Below, one piece after another: positions 1-10,422 of a stretch of 64,000 nucleotides of DNA. The stretch covers positions 10,298 through 74,297 of the forward strand of contig JAVCCR010000017.1 in the NCBI GenBank assembly GCA_030765485.1, written 5' to 3'. Position 1 is the stretch's first letter, and each line of letters starts with the position of its first letter. This DNA is from Candidatus Gygaella obscura. GTDB lineage: Bacteria; Omnitrophota; Gorgyraeia; Gygaellales; Gygaellaceae. Position numbers and translations under genes: made by a program. Under the pieces are notes generated by a model. It searched no databases. It had not been told where the DNA came from and saw only the letters and a program-made list of their open reading frames with translations.

Positions 1-329
1 TCTTATTATCTGTTAATGTTTGAATTAGAATTGCCACTCCTCCGGAAGCATAACCTTCATAAATACACTCTTCATAAGAAATACCCGGCAGCTCTCCCGT
101 TCCTCTTTTAATTGCCTCTTCAATCCTGTCTTTGGGCATATTATTGATTTTAGCCCTATTCATTGCAACTCTTAACGCTGGATTCATATCTGAATTTCCA
201 CCACTACTACGAGATGCAGCAACAATCTCTTTAATCAGCTTAGTAAACATTGCTCCTCTTTTTGCATCGGCAGCGGCTTTCTTATGCTTAGTCGTTGCCC
301 ACTTTGAATGTCCTGACATAACCTACTCC
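1..329 (-). CDS. yebC: YebC/PmpR-family transcriptional regulator (DUF28), partial; N-terminus at 329, C-terminus beyond window start
   Basis: Reverse translation from the ATG at 329..327 gives [32 protein letters not shown]..., the characteristic YebC N-terminus. The frame stays open to position 1. Confidence 0.85.
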
Positions 330-344
330 TCTTCCTTTACCTTT

Positions 345-712
345 GTTTTTAAAAACAGGCCTGTAAGCCGAGTTCTGTTTACTCATTTCTGAGCGGTGAC
401 ATTTATCTAAGATCCGATGTTTCCATCAGATTCAAGCGGCCAACCCAAGGATAATAACGAACCGGGATAGTTCTCTCCTTCTACTTGGCCTTGCTCCGCG
501 TAGAGATTACCTCGTTTCACGTCATTCGCTTAACACGAACTACTCGTCTCTGTGGCTCTCACCCGTAAAAACGGGGCTCTTTTTTCAAGAGTATCCTCTT
601 CAATTTAAATAAAATTAAAGGATGGCTATTAAGCCATTACGCTTCCCTTTGGAGCTCGGACTTTCCTCCCGCTATCGTTAGATAACGAGTATCACCTAGC
701 CTTTTTCTTTTT
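345..712 (-). ncRNA. rnpB: RNase P RNA, bacterial type A (ends approximate)
   Basis: Minus-strand sequence contains both P4 strands (GGAAAGTCCGAGCTCC near 650-668; ACAGAACTCGGCTTAC near 370-385). It also has CGGAGCAAGGCCAAGTAG and TAGATAAATG, which match the E. coli M1 RNA J15/16 and 3' regions. No ORF is present. The likely 5' end overlaps the last codons of rnhA. Confidence 0.85.
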
Positions 713-1102
713 TTTAAATACATCATTTGCCAATTTATCAGCACCTTTGTTAAGATTACGCCTTATATGCACAATAGAAAACTTCTTAAAAGCACTAATA
801 AGATGCTTGGCTCTATCAAAAAGAACTTTTAAGTTCTCATTTTTAACCTTATACTTGCCGTTGATCTGTTTAAAAAGTAATTCGCTGTCTGTACGGATTC
901 TTAAAACCTCAGCATTTAAAATCAATGCTTCTTCCAACGCATAAATCAAAGCCTTGTATTCAGCAACATTGTTAGTCGCCTCACCGATATAATCTGAAAT
1001 ATTCTTTACAACCTCTCCATTACAACAAATAACCACTCCCACTGAAGCTGGCCCAGGATTGCCTTTTGAAGCCCCATCAATATATATATCCAATACCTTC
1101 AT
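692..1102 (-). CDS. rnhA: Ribonuclease HI
   Basis: 136 aa: IYIDGASKGNPGPASVGVV ... TNNVAEYKALIYALE is the RNase H catalytic-core signature. Confidence 0.9.
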   Translation of the reverse strand: MKVLDIYIDGASKGNPGPASVGVVICCNGEVVKNISDYIGEATNNVAEYKALIYALEEALILNAEVLRIRTDSELLFKQINGKYKVKNENLKVLFDRAKHLISAFKKFSIVHIRRNLNKGADKLANDVFKKKKKAR

Positions 1103-1103
1103 A

Positions 1104-1832
1104 TCAAGTTACCATGTCGTCTTCAAGATAAAGAATCCTCGAACACATCCCGCAATGAATTATCTTATCAAACATCTTTATCTCATTAATAATTTGTGCC
1201 GTAACATTCATAAAACAACCTTGACATGAATTATTATAGACTGCAACAATAGCTAAACCGTCTTTGTTCTCTAAAATCTTTTCGTACCCTGCAAGAACAC
1301 CCCTATCTGTCTCCTGAGCAATCTGAGAACGTTTAAATTCTAAATCTTTCAAAGTCGAATCGATCTCCTTTGTTCTTAAATCAATTTTCACTTTTACTTC
1401 TTTTAATTTATCTTCTTCCTGCTTAAGAACAACCGCCTCTTTTTCTTTATCTTTATTCAATAAATCCAACTCATCCATCAATTCGATAATATCGTCTTCT
1501 AAAACAGAGGAATCTGCTTTTATCCCTTCAATTTCTTTCAGCATCGCTTTGTATTCTTCGTTTTTCTTTAAAGTATACAGTTGAGAATGCTGCTTCTTGA
1601 CTTTCTCTTCTTTTATGCCCAATTCAATTTCTTTTTCTTTGCGCCTTTTTAAATTATCTATAATCAAATTTTCAATTCGTTTAAAATTGTCCTTCTTTTG
1701 CTCAAATTCACTATTAAGTCTTTCAATCAATTCAGGCATTCTCCCTTTTTCTTCTTTTAACTTGTATATCTTGGAATCAAAATCCTGCAAAACTATAAGT
1801 TTTTTTAATTGTTCTTTTATTGATATTGGCAT
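1104..1832 (-). CDS. COG1579-type zinc-ribbon coiled-coil protein
   Basis: 242 aa with a long coiled-coil region and a C-terminal CQGCFMNV...HCGMCSRILY C4 zinc ribbon. It is the classical neighbour of rnhA and Nif3 genes. Confidence 0.75.
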   Translation of the reverse strand: MPISIKEQLKKLIVLQDFDSKIYKLKEEKGRMPELIERLNSEFEQKKDNFKRIENLIIDNLKRRKEKEIELGIKEEKVKKQHSQLYTLKKNEEYKAMLKEIEGIKADSSVLEDDIIELMDELDLLNKDKEKEAVVLKQEEDKLKEVKVKIDLRTKEIDSTLKDLEFKRSQIAQETDRGVLAGYEKILENKDGLAIVAVYNNSCQGCFMNVTAQIINEIKMFDKIIHCGMCSRILYLEDDMVT

Positions 1833-1854
1833 AATTTTAATTATCTTTCATAAA

Positions 1855-1931
1855 TGGTGGGCGTAATTGGAGTTGAACCAATGACCTCGTGCATGTGAAG
1901 CACGCGCTCTAACCAACTGAGCTATACGCCC
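1855..1931 (-). tRNA. tRNA-Val (anticodon CAC), CCA encoded
   Basis: The reverse complement GGGCGTATAGCTCAGTTGGTTAGAGCGCGTGCTTCACATGCACGAGGTCATTGGTTCAACTCCAATTACGCCCACCA folds as a cloverleaf. Anticodon stem CGTGC/GCACG, loop TTCACAT. Confidence 0.9.
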
Positions 1932-1936
1932 TTTAA

Positions 1937-2009
1937 TGGGCCCACAGGGATTTGAACCCCGGACCAAGTGATTATGAGTCACCTGCTCTAACCACTGAGC
2001 TATGGGCCC
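1937..2009 (-). tRNA. tRNA with CAU anticodon (elongator Met or lysidine-modified Ile2); CCA not encoded
   Basis: The reverse complement GGGCCCATAGCTCAGTGGTTAGAGCAGGTGACTCATAATCACTTGGTCCGGGGTTCAAATCCCTGTGGGCCCA folds as a cloverleaf. The anticodon stem lacks the three G:C pairs of initiator tRNA. Confidence 0.85.
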
Positions 2010-2041
2010 AAAATATAATAAAACTGCTAATCAGACTTTAA

Positions 2042-2070
2042 ATTATACACATTTTTTAGATTTAAGGCAA
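2042..2070 (-). promoter_or_regulatory. Sigma70-type promoter candidate for the tRNA-Met/tRNA-Val (and possibly downstream) transcript
   Basis: Minus strand reads TTGCCT, a 17-nt spacer, then TATAAT, about 30 nt upstream of the tRNA-Met 5' end. Confidence 0.45.
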
Positions 2071-2142
2071 GAAAAAAATACATAAAAAAGATTTAACCTA
2101 TTGATAAGCTGGTAGTTAAAGTTGTACTAAGGAAGGAATTTA

Positions 2143-2895
2143 CTATTTATTTTTTGATACTCTACTTATCCTACCATTATATATATAGTTATATATAATT
2201 TCCGGCATTAACCTCGTAATCAAAGCTATCACTTGCCATCTTTTAGTCACATAGACAACTTTTTTTTTGTTTTCTATTGCATCAATCATCTGAGAAACCG
2301 CCTTTTCAACTGGCTGCAGCCAAAAATTATTCGTTCTTCCTTTGACCATCGGTGTATCAATAAGACCTGGTCTGATATCAGTAACAGATATCTTTGTTTT
2401 GCTTAACTTTTGCCTCAAGCCTGCCATATAATTTGATACAAACGCCTTAGAGGCATTATAAGCAGGGGATCTACCGCTTCCCCTTAATCCAGCAATGGAA
2501 GAAATCCCAACGATATGCCCTTTTCCAAATGAAATAAAATAATTAACAGCAACATTAACCATGGCCGTAAATCCACAGACATTAACATTTATAGTAGCGA
2601 TTTCAGATTCTAGTTTTAAATCAGGATTAGCAATCCAAATGCCGGAATTAATAATAATTAAATCCACCTGCTGCATTTGGTTGATAAGCTCTCTAAGCTT
2701 TCTTACAGCGTCATCGATTAAAAATACATCAATAGTCTTTATGAAGGACTTATTAGTAAGTTTTTTTTGAATATCTTCCAACAGCTGCGTTCTTCTAGCG
2801 ACTAAGCCGACTTCATAACCTAAACCTGATAACTGCTGACTAAGCTCTGCGCCGATTCCGGAACTGGCGCCGACTATTATTGCTTTTTTTGGCAT
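2143..2895 (-). CDS. SDR-family short-chain dehydrogenase/reductase
   Basis: 250 aa with N-terminal AIIVGASSGIGAELSQQL (TGxxxGxG Rossmann motif) and YNASKAF (YxxxK catalytic motif). Confidence 0.85.
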   Translation of the reverse strand: MPKKAIIVGASSGIGAELSQQLSGLGYEVGLVARRTQLLEDIQKKLTNKSFIKTIDVFLIDDAVRKLRELINQMQQVDLIIINSGIWIANPDLKLESEIATINVNVCGFTAMVNVAVNYFISFGKGHIVGISSIAGLRGSGRSPAYNASKAFVSNYMAGLRQKLSKTKISVTDIRPGLIDTPMVKGRTNNFWLQPVEKAVSQMIDAIENKKKVVYVTKRWQVIALITRLMPEIIYNYIYNGRISRVSKNK

Positions 2896-2900
2896 TAAAA

Positions 2901-4451
2901 TTAACTTTGACGATTAAGGAACTGCTGTAATGCCCTTGAACGAGTGGGATGACGTAGTTTTCTTAAAGCCTTAGCTTCTATCTGGCGAACACGCTCACGC
3001 GTAACCTTAAAAACATTACCAACCTCTTCTAATGTATGGGCGCATCCATCCGTAATACCAAAACGCATTGTAAGAATTCTTTTTTCTCTTTCGCTTAAAC
3101 TTTCTAGTGCGCCATCTATTTCTTCACGCAACATAGAATCAGCAGTAGCATTAGCAGGTGAAACTGCTTTTTTATCCTCAATAAAATCTCCGAAATGTGT
3201 ATCTCCTTCATCTCCGATAGGGGTCTGAAGAGAAATAGGCTCCTGCGCGACCTTAAGAATACTCTTTACCTTAGACTGTGGTAATTTCATTAAACGGGCT
3301 ACCTCTCCAGGCGTAGGTTCACGTCCGTTTTCTTGAACGAATATCCTTGTTAAACGTATAATCTTGTTAATTGTTTCGGTCATATGTACTGGAATCCTTA
3401 TCGTTCTAGCCTGATCGGCAATTGAACGAGTTATCGCTTGTCTAATCCACCACGTTGCATATGTAGAAAATTTATAACCTCTTCGATATTCAAACTTTTC
3501 CACAGCTCTCATCAGTCCAATATTGCCTTCTTGAATCAAATCAAGGAAAGAAAGACCTCTATTGGTATATTTTTTTGCAATACTCACAACAAGCCTAAGA
3601 TTAGCTTCAACAAGCTTCTTTTTAAAACGATTAAAACGTGACTGTCTAACCTTTATAATTTTTAGTCTTTCTTTGCCTTTTTCATAATCTAAACCTAGTA
3701 TTTTAAGAATTTTACTTTTATTAGTGAGTAGTTCTTTTTTCTTTTTTAAGGAAGCTTTTCTTTTGGTACATTTATTAATCTGCCTGGTAAAACTATCACA
3801 CTCCTTCATCATCTTGCAGAATCTAAAAGAAATATCCTCAATGAGAGATACAGTAAAATTAAATTCTGAAAGAAGTTTTTGATTATTAGTTTTTCTGCGT
3901 GTCTTCTTCAACTTGTTAATTAGTTTTTTTAACTTACGTATAATAATTTCTTTGTTAACTTTTAAATCATCCTTAACTACGTCTTCTATATTCTCCAATC
4001 CATCAGCGTTACGCCTAGCAATAGCTAGGACATCATCTCTTGCTAAAGGAACGGATAATACCGCTTCTCTTAACCTCAACTCTGAATATTCTATTTTCTT
4101 TGCGAGATCTATTTCCTGCTCTCTGGTCAAAAGAGAAATAGAACCCATCTGTTTAAGATACATCTTAACCGGGTCATCTAAAGGAAGAAATTTATCCTCA
4201 ATCTTTAAAATAGACGTATCGTTTTCGTCTGAATCAACTTTGGAAAACTCAACTTCACGGGATTTAACTTCCGAAACATCAATAACATCAATATCCTCCT
4301 CAACTAAAATATCAAAAACATTATCAATATCATCGGAAGAACTTATATCACTGGGAAGTAGATTATTCAACTCATCATAAGTAACATAACCTTTTTGTTT
4401 ACCGACAATAATCAACTTCTCAACTTCTTTTTTCATAGTCTGTTTATCCAT
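2901..4451 (-). CDS. rpoD: RNA polymerase primary sigma factor (sigma-70)
   Basis: 516 aa. Region 2 ([32 protein letters not shown]) and region 4 are near-invariant RpoD sequence. Confidence 0.93.
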   Translation of the reverse strand: MDKQTMKKEVEKLIIVGKQKGYVTYDELNNLLPSDISSSDDIDNVFDILVEEDIDVIDVSEVKSREVEFSKVDSDENDTSILKIEDKFLPLDDPVKMYLKQMGSISLLTREQEIDLAKKIEYSELRLREAVLSVPLARDDVLAIARRNADGLENIEDVVKDDLKVNKEIIIRKLKKLINKLKKTRRKTNNQKLLSEFNFTVSLIEDISFRFCKMMKECDSFTRQINKCTKRKASLKKKKELLTNKSKILKILGLDYEKGKERLKIIKVRQSRFNRFKKKLVEANLRLVVSIAKKYTNRGLSFLDLIQEGNIGLMRAVEKFEYRRGYKFSTYATWWIRQAITRSIADQARTIRIPVHMTETINKIIRLTRIFVQENGREPTPGEVARLMKLPQSKVKSILKVAQEPISLQTPIGDEGDTHFGDFIEDKKAVSPANATADSMLREEIDGALESLSEREKRILTMRFGITDGCAHTLEEVGNVFKVTRERVRQIEAKALRKLRHPTRSRALQQFLNRQS

Positions 4452-6205
4452 TATCCATCCTTTTTTGTTAAAGTTAGAAATTCCTGCAAAAGTGAATCTA
4501 ATTCTTTTTTGTTTTTCGTCCTTTCGGCATTGCGGATCCGTTCTTCCAATTCAAACCTTTTTGATTTCAGGTTATCTCCCTTGATTCTTTCTACACAATC
4601 CATTAAAATCTTTTCCCTATCTTCCGGGATATCATTGTTATCAGATACCGCCCTACAGATAATATCCGAAGAGGCATCTTCAATAAAACAATTAAGAAGT
4701 AGACTTGTATTTATTTTCTTTCCTTCTTGGAAAAAATCATAAACCTTATCAATAATCTTTTTAATCTTTACATCACTGAATCTACAACCATGAACCAAAG
4801 CTACGTATTTATTCAACAACTGTTCATCTAATAATAGCAATTTAAGAATTAAGAATTCTTTGGGATTAATGATTGAATCAATCCTATCAAACTCAGGCTT
4901 GGACACAATATTTTTATTTTTAATTTTTTTTAACTCCAAAAGCAACGATTCCTCTTTTATCCCTATGTCTTCTGCTAGTTTTCTTACATATTCAGATATC
5001 AATATGTTATTTTGAAACTTACTAATAGAAAGTAACATTTCATTAGCTATCTTTGCTTTGGAATGGATATCGTTTTCTTTATACGAATTACGCAGAAACA
5101 TTAATTTAAATTCATATATACTTAAAGCATCTGTAATATGCTTTTGAAACTCCTTGATCCCGCGCTTTTTTATAAAACTATCTGGGTCAAAACCCTTTTC
5201 CAAAGATACAACCTTAGCAGGTATATCTTGCTCTATAAATAAATCAAGACTGCGCATACTCGCCATTTGACCTGCCTCATCGGAATCAAATACTACAATA
5301 ATGTTATTGGTAAACCGCCTTAAAATCTTTATCTGAGAAACAGTTAACGCTGTACCCAAAGAAGCCACTACATTTTCAATTCCTGCGCAAAAACATGCTA
5401 AAAAATCCATATATCCTTCTACTACTAATGCCTGATCTTTATCTTTAATTGATTGTTTGGCAATATCTAAACCATACAAATGCTGACCCTTAGTATAAAT
5501 CGCGCTTTCAGGAGAATTAATGTATTTAGGCAAGCTATTATCTAAAACTCTAGCTCCAAAACCTACTATGCGCGAACGTATATCAGAAATCGGAATCATA
5601 AGCCTATTGCGAAATCTATCATAATAACCACCCGTTGTCTTTGCAATTGCAAGGCCTGCCTTTTCAATCAATGAGATCGAAATCCCCTTGGATGAAAGAT
5701 ACTTAATCAACGCATCCCAACCATCAGAAGAATAACCCAGCTTAAACTTTTTAACAGTTTCCAGCGTAATCCCTCTTTTCTTTAGATATTCAACTGCGGG
5801 TTTCGTTCGGTTTGAACCGTTTAAAAGGTTTTTCTGAAAAAAACTAACTGCTAATTCGTTTATCCGGAATAATCTTTCTCTTATATTCTCTGCTTTTAAA
5901 AAACCTTGACTGCGAGGAATCACTACTCCTGCAGTTCTAGCTAATGTATCTACAGCATCAGGAAAATCCATTCTTTCATGCTTCATTAAAAAACTAATCG
6001 CATTGCCACCCGCACCACAACCAAAACAGTGGTAAATCTGTCGCTCTGGACTTACCATAAAAGAAGGTGTTTTTTCAGCATGAAACGGACAATTAGCCCT
6101 AAAATTTCTACCAGCCCTTTTAAGAGGCAAATATCCTGAAATCAACTCAACTATATCTATCTTACTTAAGATATCGTCTAAGATATTGTCTGGAATATTA
6201 CTCAT
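4451..6205 (-). CDS. dnaG: DNA primase
   Basis: 584 aa with the zinc-binding [26 protein letters not shown] motif and a TOPRIM region (EGYMD). Confidence 0.93.
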   Translation of the reverse strand: MSNIPDNILDDILSKIDIVELISGYLPLKRAGRNFRANCPFHAEKTPSFMVSPERQIYHCFGCGAGGNAISFLMKHERMDFPDAVDTLARTAGVVIPRSQGFLKAENIRERLFRINELAVSFFQKNLLNGSNRTKPAVEYLKKRGITLETVKKFKLGYSSDGWDALIKYLSSKGISISLIEKAGLAIAKTTGGYYDRFRNRLMIPISDIRSRIVGFGARVLDNSLPKYINSPESAIYTKGQHLYGLDIAKQSIKDKDQALVVEGYMDFLACFCAGIENVVASLGTALTVSQIKILRRFTNNIIVVFDSDEAGQMASMRSLDLFIEQDIPAKVVSLEKGFDPDSFIKKRGIKEFQKHITDALSIYEFKLMFLRNSYKENDIHSKAKIANEMLLSISKFQNNILISEYVRKLAEDIGIKEESLLLELKKIKNKNIVSKPEFDRIDSIINPKEFLILKLLLLDEQLLNKYVALVHGCRFSDVKIKKIIDKVYDFFQEGKKINTSLLLNCFIEDASSDIICRAVSDNNDIPEDREKILMDCVERIKGDNLKSKRFELEERIRNAERTKNKKELDSLLQEFLTLTKKDG

Positions 6206-7155
6206 CTATGTCGTATTCTTTCAAATCCCGAACAACAAACAAAATTTAGCTTTTGTTTCTTTTCAACCTCATCAAAAAGAAGATTTAAACCAAGGGTATC
6301 TGAGGAAATGTGACCTGCAATAACAACATTAAGACTATGTTTTTTTGCGTTCTTTAAATGATCTTCGCTTAAATGCATACATACCAAAGTCCTTACGCCA
6401 GCCTGAGAAAGTCTACCAAATATATCTTTGGAACCTTCTGTGCCGCCGGTCATATCAACAAATATTTTACCGGCACTATCTTTCTCTTTTCCGGCAATTA
6501 TCTTAGGACCAGATTTTCTAGCTGCAGCATTTCTATATTCTTTTATGGAAAATAAAATACTTAATACTTCTTTTATTGACTTTGGTCGCTTCTTTTCAAA
6601 CAATTTCTGTAAAAAAGTTGTGACGCAATTATCTGCTACTGTATGTGCCGACATTAACGCAACATTCAATAATCTTGCTGCATCAATAGTTTTTTCATGG
6701 TTTACAGGCAAAAGCCTACGCTGAACCAAATCCATCCTCTCCTGTAAAAGGTTTTTTGTAAAATCAGGATCAAGACCTTCCTTTGCAAGAATTCCTTTAT
6801 GCATACTCATTACATCATACAAACCTGCCAAAGCCATACCTTCAGGATGATGAGAAATCAATAAATCTATATTCTGTTTTTGTTTTAAACGATCAAACAA
6901 TAAAACCTCAGAAACATCAATATCAATTCCAACCATAACCTTATTTACCATTAACTCTCTACTACCGTTAAGGATACGGGTATCGGCATATGGATTGGTT
7001 AATTCCTGCTTATCAAAAAATCTTTTTTCCTTCGTGGCAAGCTTTTTAAACTGCTGCCTATTTTCTTTTAATTTTTCCTGAACTGCCTTAAGACCACGTG
7101 GATCATTCTTGATGCCAATTTTGACAACCGTATCATAGAAATCATTTAATTTCAT
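6202..7155 (-). CDS. Nif3-family dinuclear metal-centre protein (GTP cyclohydrolase 1 type 2 homologue)
   Basis: 317 aa. IDLLISHHPEG and VIAGHISSDTLG correspond to the conserved HHP and GHY-like metal-ligand motifs of Nif3/YbgI/YqfO. Confidence 0.65.
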   Translation of the reverse strand: MKLNDFYDTVVKIGIKNDPRGLKAVQEKLKENRQQFKKLATKEKRFFDKQELTNPYADTRILNGSRELMVNKVMVGIDIDVSEVLLFDRLKQKQNIDLLISHHPEGMALAGLYDVMSMHKGILAKEGLDPDFTKNLLQERMDLVQRRLLPVNHEKTIDAARLLNVALMSAHTVADNCVTTFLQKLFEKKRPKSIKEVLSILFSIKEYRNAAARKSGPKIIAGKEKDSAGKIFVDMTGGTEGSKDIFGRLSQAGVRTLVCMHLSEDHLKNAKKHSLNVVIAGHISSDTLGLNLLFDEVEKKQKLNFVCCSGFERIRHR

Positions 7156-7718
7156 TTCTCTCCTTTTGTCAAATCAAAAAGCTGTTTATTTAACTCTTTA
7201 CTGGAAGAAAATTTGCTTAAAACAATATTCCAGGTAAATCTATAAGTGTTCGGTCCAGACATAGCTATTTTATTGCTGAAAAAAGATGTATCTATACTTC
7301 TTTTTAAATAATCATTATCAATAATCAGCATACCTATAATTATTGCAGAACAAAGAAAAACTGCCCTTAAAATACTAAGCAATAAACCACCCCATCTATT
7401 TACGGTTGAAACAGCTTCTATATGAACCAATCTTAAAATAAGATTTCTTATTAAAACAAATGAGAATAAAGAAACAACCAAAATTACAATATAGCTTACA
7501 AATTCAACCGGAGCCTTAGGCATATTGACCTTAGCATTAACCCAGGCGCCAAAACTTACATAATAATGAAAGGATATAATGCTCCCGGAAACCAACCCAA
7601 TAAGTTTTAACAGTTCCGTAGGAAACCCTGTCTTTGCTCCAATAAAAATAAGCCGAACAAATAACACAACTATACAGATATCAACCCAGTTTAATCTATA
7701 AATTATTTCTTTTATCAT
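7152..7718 (-). CDS. cvpA: CvpA-family membrane protein
   Basis: 188 aa with four hydrophobic helices. N-terminal NWVDICIVVLFVRLIFIGAKTGF resembles the CvpA N-terminus. Confidence 0.6.
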   Translation of the reverse strand: MIKEIIYRLNWVDICIVVLFVRLIFIGAKTGFPTELLKLIGLVSGSIISFHYYVSFGAWVNAKVNMPKAPVEFVSYIVILVVSLFSFVLIRNLILRLVHIEAVSTVNRWGGLLLSILRAVFLCSAIIIGMLIIDNDYLKRSIDTSFFSNKIAMSGPNTYRFTWNIVLSKFSSSKELNKQLFDLTKGEK

Positions 7719-7789
7719 ATATATTGTGGGGATAAATTAAGTAAGTGTAACATATTATATAAGAAATTTCAAGGGTAGGCGGAATAAAA

Positions 7790-9043
7790 TCAGTCTATTA
7801 TTTTAGATAATGTAAATTTGCTTGTAACATCTTTAATAACAACAGATTGTATAATCATTTCCAGACTTACATCAGATTTAAAACCTGTATAGATATAGTT
7901 ATCTGTATAGCCTAAAAAATACCCCTTATCGTTTCTAGACTCCACCAACACTTCTAACTTCTTATTCAAGAAAGACTTACGATATTTAATCGCACAATCA
8001 CTAGCTATCTGCAATAAAATTTGTTTTCGTTCGTTTACTTCTTCTGTCTTTAAGCTACCGTCATAAATCTGACCTGCCCTAGTTCTAGGTCTTTTGCTAT
8101 AAGGAAAAACATGCATCCTCATTGGCTTAAGTTGGCGTATAAATTTAACACTATTCAAAAAACTCTTCTTATCTTCATGAGGAAAACCAACAATAATATC
8201 AGTTGATATGGCTATATCAGGTATTTTAGTTCTAATCTTATCCACCTTGAACAGATAATCCTTTACTGTGTAATGCCTATTCATAAGACTAAGCACTTTA
8301 TCGTCACCGCTTTGAAGAGGAATATGTAAATGCCTGCAAATCCTAGCGGAGTTTTTCACAATATCGATAATCTCCATATTTATATCATTAGGCTCAATAG
8401 AACTAAGCCTTATGCGAAACTCACCCTTGATTTCAAGGATTTTTCTTAGTAAATAGGCTAGATCCCTTTTTTCTTTTAAATCTTTTCCATAATCACCAAG
8501 GCAGACCCCTGTTAAAACTATTTCTTTATAACCATTAACAACTAAACCCTTAATTTCCTTCAATACGCAAGAAACACGCTTACTTCGTGAACGTCCTCGC
8601 AAAAACGGTACAATGCAATAACTACAGAAATTATTGCATCCGTCCTGAACTTTAACAAAAGCACGCGAATGACCCGCAAACTTAGTTATTGTAGCTAAAG
8701 ACACCTTATCTTTTATGCCTATCTTAGAAAGCACATGCTTTTTTTGATTATTTTTTAATAAAATTATATCCTTACTTAAGGCATTAATTGAATTAGAATC
8801 AAATTCAACAAAACAACCGGCAGCAATTATAGTAGCATTAGGATTTGTTTTTAAAGTTTTCTTAACTGACATAATGGAATTACGCTGCGCTCGCGCAGTA
8901 ACGCTACATCCATTTACAACTATATAATCACTATTTTTTGCATTGTCCTCTTTTATCCCTGCTGAAGCAAAAATCTCTCTCATCAACTGGGTTTCATACT
9001 GATTAACCTTGCAACCAAACGTGTGGAATCTAACTTTACTCAT
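7790..9043 (-). CDS. mtaB: Radical SAM methylthiotransferase, MiaB/RimO/MtaB family (MtaB-like)
   Basis: 417 aa. N-terminal MTTase domain (RFHTFGCKVNQYETQ), radical SAM CNNFCSYC and a C-terminal TRAM-like region. Confidence 0.8.
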   Translation of the reverse strand: MSKVRFHTFGCKVNQYETQLMREIFASAGIKEDNAKNSDYIVVNGCSVTARAQRNSIMSVKKTLKTNPNATIIAAGCFVEFDSNSINALSKDIILLKNNQKKHVLSKIGIKDKVSLATITKFAGHSRAFVKVQDGCNNFCSYCIVPFLRGRSRSKRVSCVLKEIKGLVVNGYKEIVLTGVCLGDYGKDLKEKRDLAYLLRKILEIKGEFRIRLSSIEPNDINMEIIDIVKNSARICRHLHIPLQSGDDKVLSLMNRHYTVKDYLFKVDKIRTKIPDIAISTDIIVGFPHEDKKSFLNSVKFIRQLKPMRMHVFPYSKRPRTRAGQIYDGSLKTEEVNERKQILLQIASDCAIKYRKSFLNKKLEVLVESRNDKGYFLGYTDNYIYTGFKSDVSLEMIIQSVVIKDVTSKFTLSKIID

Positions 9044-9761
9044 AAGACATTATGACGCTTGAAGAATATATTGAAGCAGTATCAACACGCAGGGTATTTC
9101 TACCCAGACTCACAAGAATAAAATCATTCTTTTTAGCCTGAGTAATCTCAAAAGAAGTAAAATCTCCCTCCGGACCAATAAATAAAATTACATTTTTAAG
9201 ACTATTATTTTCTAATACTTCTTTTAATGGTATGCTTTCTTCATGTTTATAGGCAATCATTTTTAAACTAAATTCATCTTTTAGCAATAAAGCATCTTCA
9301 AAACTTAAAGGTAAAGAAATCTCAGGAATATCCTTTCTGAAAGACTGCTTACAGGCAGCTAAAATAATTTTTTTCCAACGTTCTATTTTTTTATCTTTCT
9401 TTAAAGTTACATTGGGTATAGTTCTTTTAGTCATAAGAGGAATGATTCGACCGACTCCAAGCTCGGTAAGTTTTTCAAGAGTATAAGTAAATCTATTTCC
9501 TTTAGCTATTGCACAACAAACTGTTAGATTCACGTTACTTTTTCTAGAGGCTTGATCTTTAGCTATTATTTTAAGCCGAATATTATCCGTACCGAAAGAA
9601 TCTATAAAACACTTATACTGCGCGCCCTGCTCATCAAAAACACTTATTATATCTTTTATCTTAAATCTAGATACGTTCTTTATATGATGAATTTCAGCAG
9701 AATCATCAATTATGATTTTATCACTTAAAATATTCCTGCTTTGACAAAAGAATCTTCTCAT
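9036..9761 (-). CDS. rsmE: 16S rRNA (uracil1498-N3)-methyltransferase
   Basis: 241 aa. C-terminal ILFIGPEGDFTSFEI...VSLGRNTLRVDTA matches the RsmE SPOUT motif. Confidence 0.8.
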   Translation of the reverse strand: MRRFFCQSRNILSDKIIIDDSAEIHHIKNVSRFKIKDIISVFDEQGAQYKCFIDSFGTDNIRLKIIAKDQASRKSNVNLTVCCAIAKGNRFTYTLEKLTELGVGRIIPLMTKRTIPNVTLKKDKKIERWKKIILAACKQSFRKDIPEISLPLSFEDALLLKDEFSLKMIAYKHEESIPLKEVLENNSLKNVILFIGPEGDFTSFEITQAKKNDFILVSLGRNTLRVDTASIYSSSVIMSYE

Positions 9762-9765
9762 TTCA

Positions 9766-10422
9766 TCAAACCATAATAGAAATAATTAAATTCAAACCAA
9801 GATAACAGATAATAATCCCACAAATCCTTCTAAAAATAAGGTATGTCTTTGGTTTCTTTGCCATAATTTTAGGAAGCGTTCCGGCTAAAACCACAAGAAG
9901 CATCAAAGGGGAAAAAAACGTGCCTAGGCTAAAACTAAATGCATATATGCCTCCCTGGATAAAATTCTTGGAAACTAAGGCGATATACAACAGTACCCCC
10001 AAAAGAGGCGCACAAGGTAAAATTCCAACAATAACTCCCATTAATATTGATGCCTTCTTATGGGTATTTATAAAGTGGCTATGGAATTTCTTGCAAATAT
10101 CAAAATGGAGCCTTTCTTCAAAAATCATAATTAAACCCATGACAAAAATAAAAATTCCGGCAGCAACAAAAAGGATATCAATAATAATTCCTGAATACAA
10201 CTTCTGAATCACAAACTGTCCGAATAAACCGGCAATCAATCCCAAAATAGTAGTAATAATAATCCTGCCCAATGAAAACAATGACCAAACCTTAAATGAC
10301 TCGTGAGAGTTGCGTTTAGAAGCAGTAACATAACTTAATACCAGTGGACCACAACTTGCCACACAAAGAACCGAACCAAAAAAAACTCCGTTTAAAAAAA
10401 GTAACATTATGGTATCAATCAT
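9766..10422 (-). CDS. CcdA/DsbD_2-like thiol-disulfide-type integral membrane protein (tentative)
   Basis: 218 aa, about 6 TM segments. Paired Cys in TM1 (CVASCGPLVL) and a GILPCAPLLG motif resemble the Cys-containing helices of CcdA/DsbD. 8-nt start/stop overlap with the upstream Memo-AMMECR1 gene. Confidence 0.4.
   Translation of the reverse strand: MIDTIMLLFLNGVFFGSVLCVASCGPLVLSYVTASKRNSHESFKVWSLFSLGRIIITTILGLIAGLFGQFVIQKLYSGIIIDILFVAAGIFIFVMGLIMIFEERLHFDICKKFHSHFINTHKKASILMGVIVGILPCAPLLGVLLYIALVSKNFIQGGIYAFSFSLGTFFSPLMLLVVLAGTLPKIMAKKPKTYLIFRRICGIIICYLGLNLIISIMV

Noticed and set aside
1937-2009. CAU-anticodon tRNA as initiator tRNA-fMet
   Set aside because: The acceptor stem starts with a paired G1 (no C1:A72-type mismatch), and the anticodon stem lacks three consecutive G:C pairs. 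Elongator Met or Ile2 is more likely.
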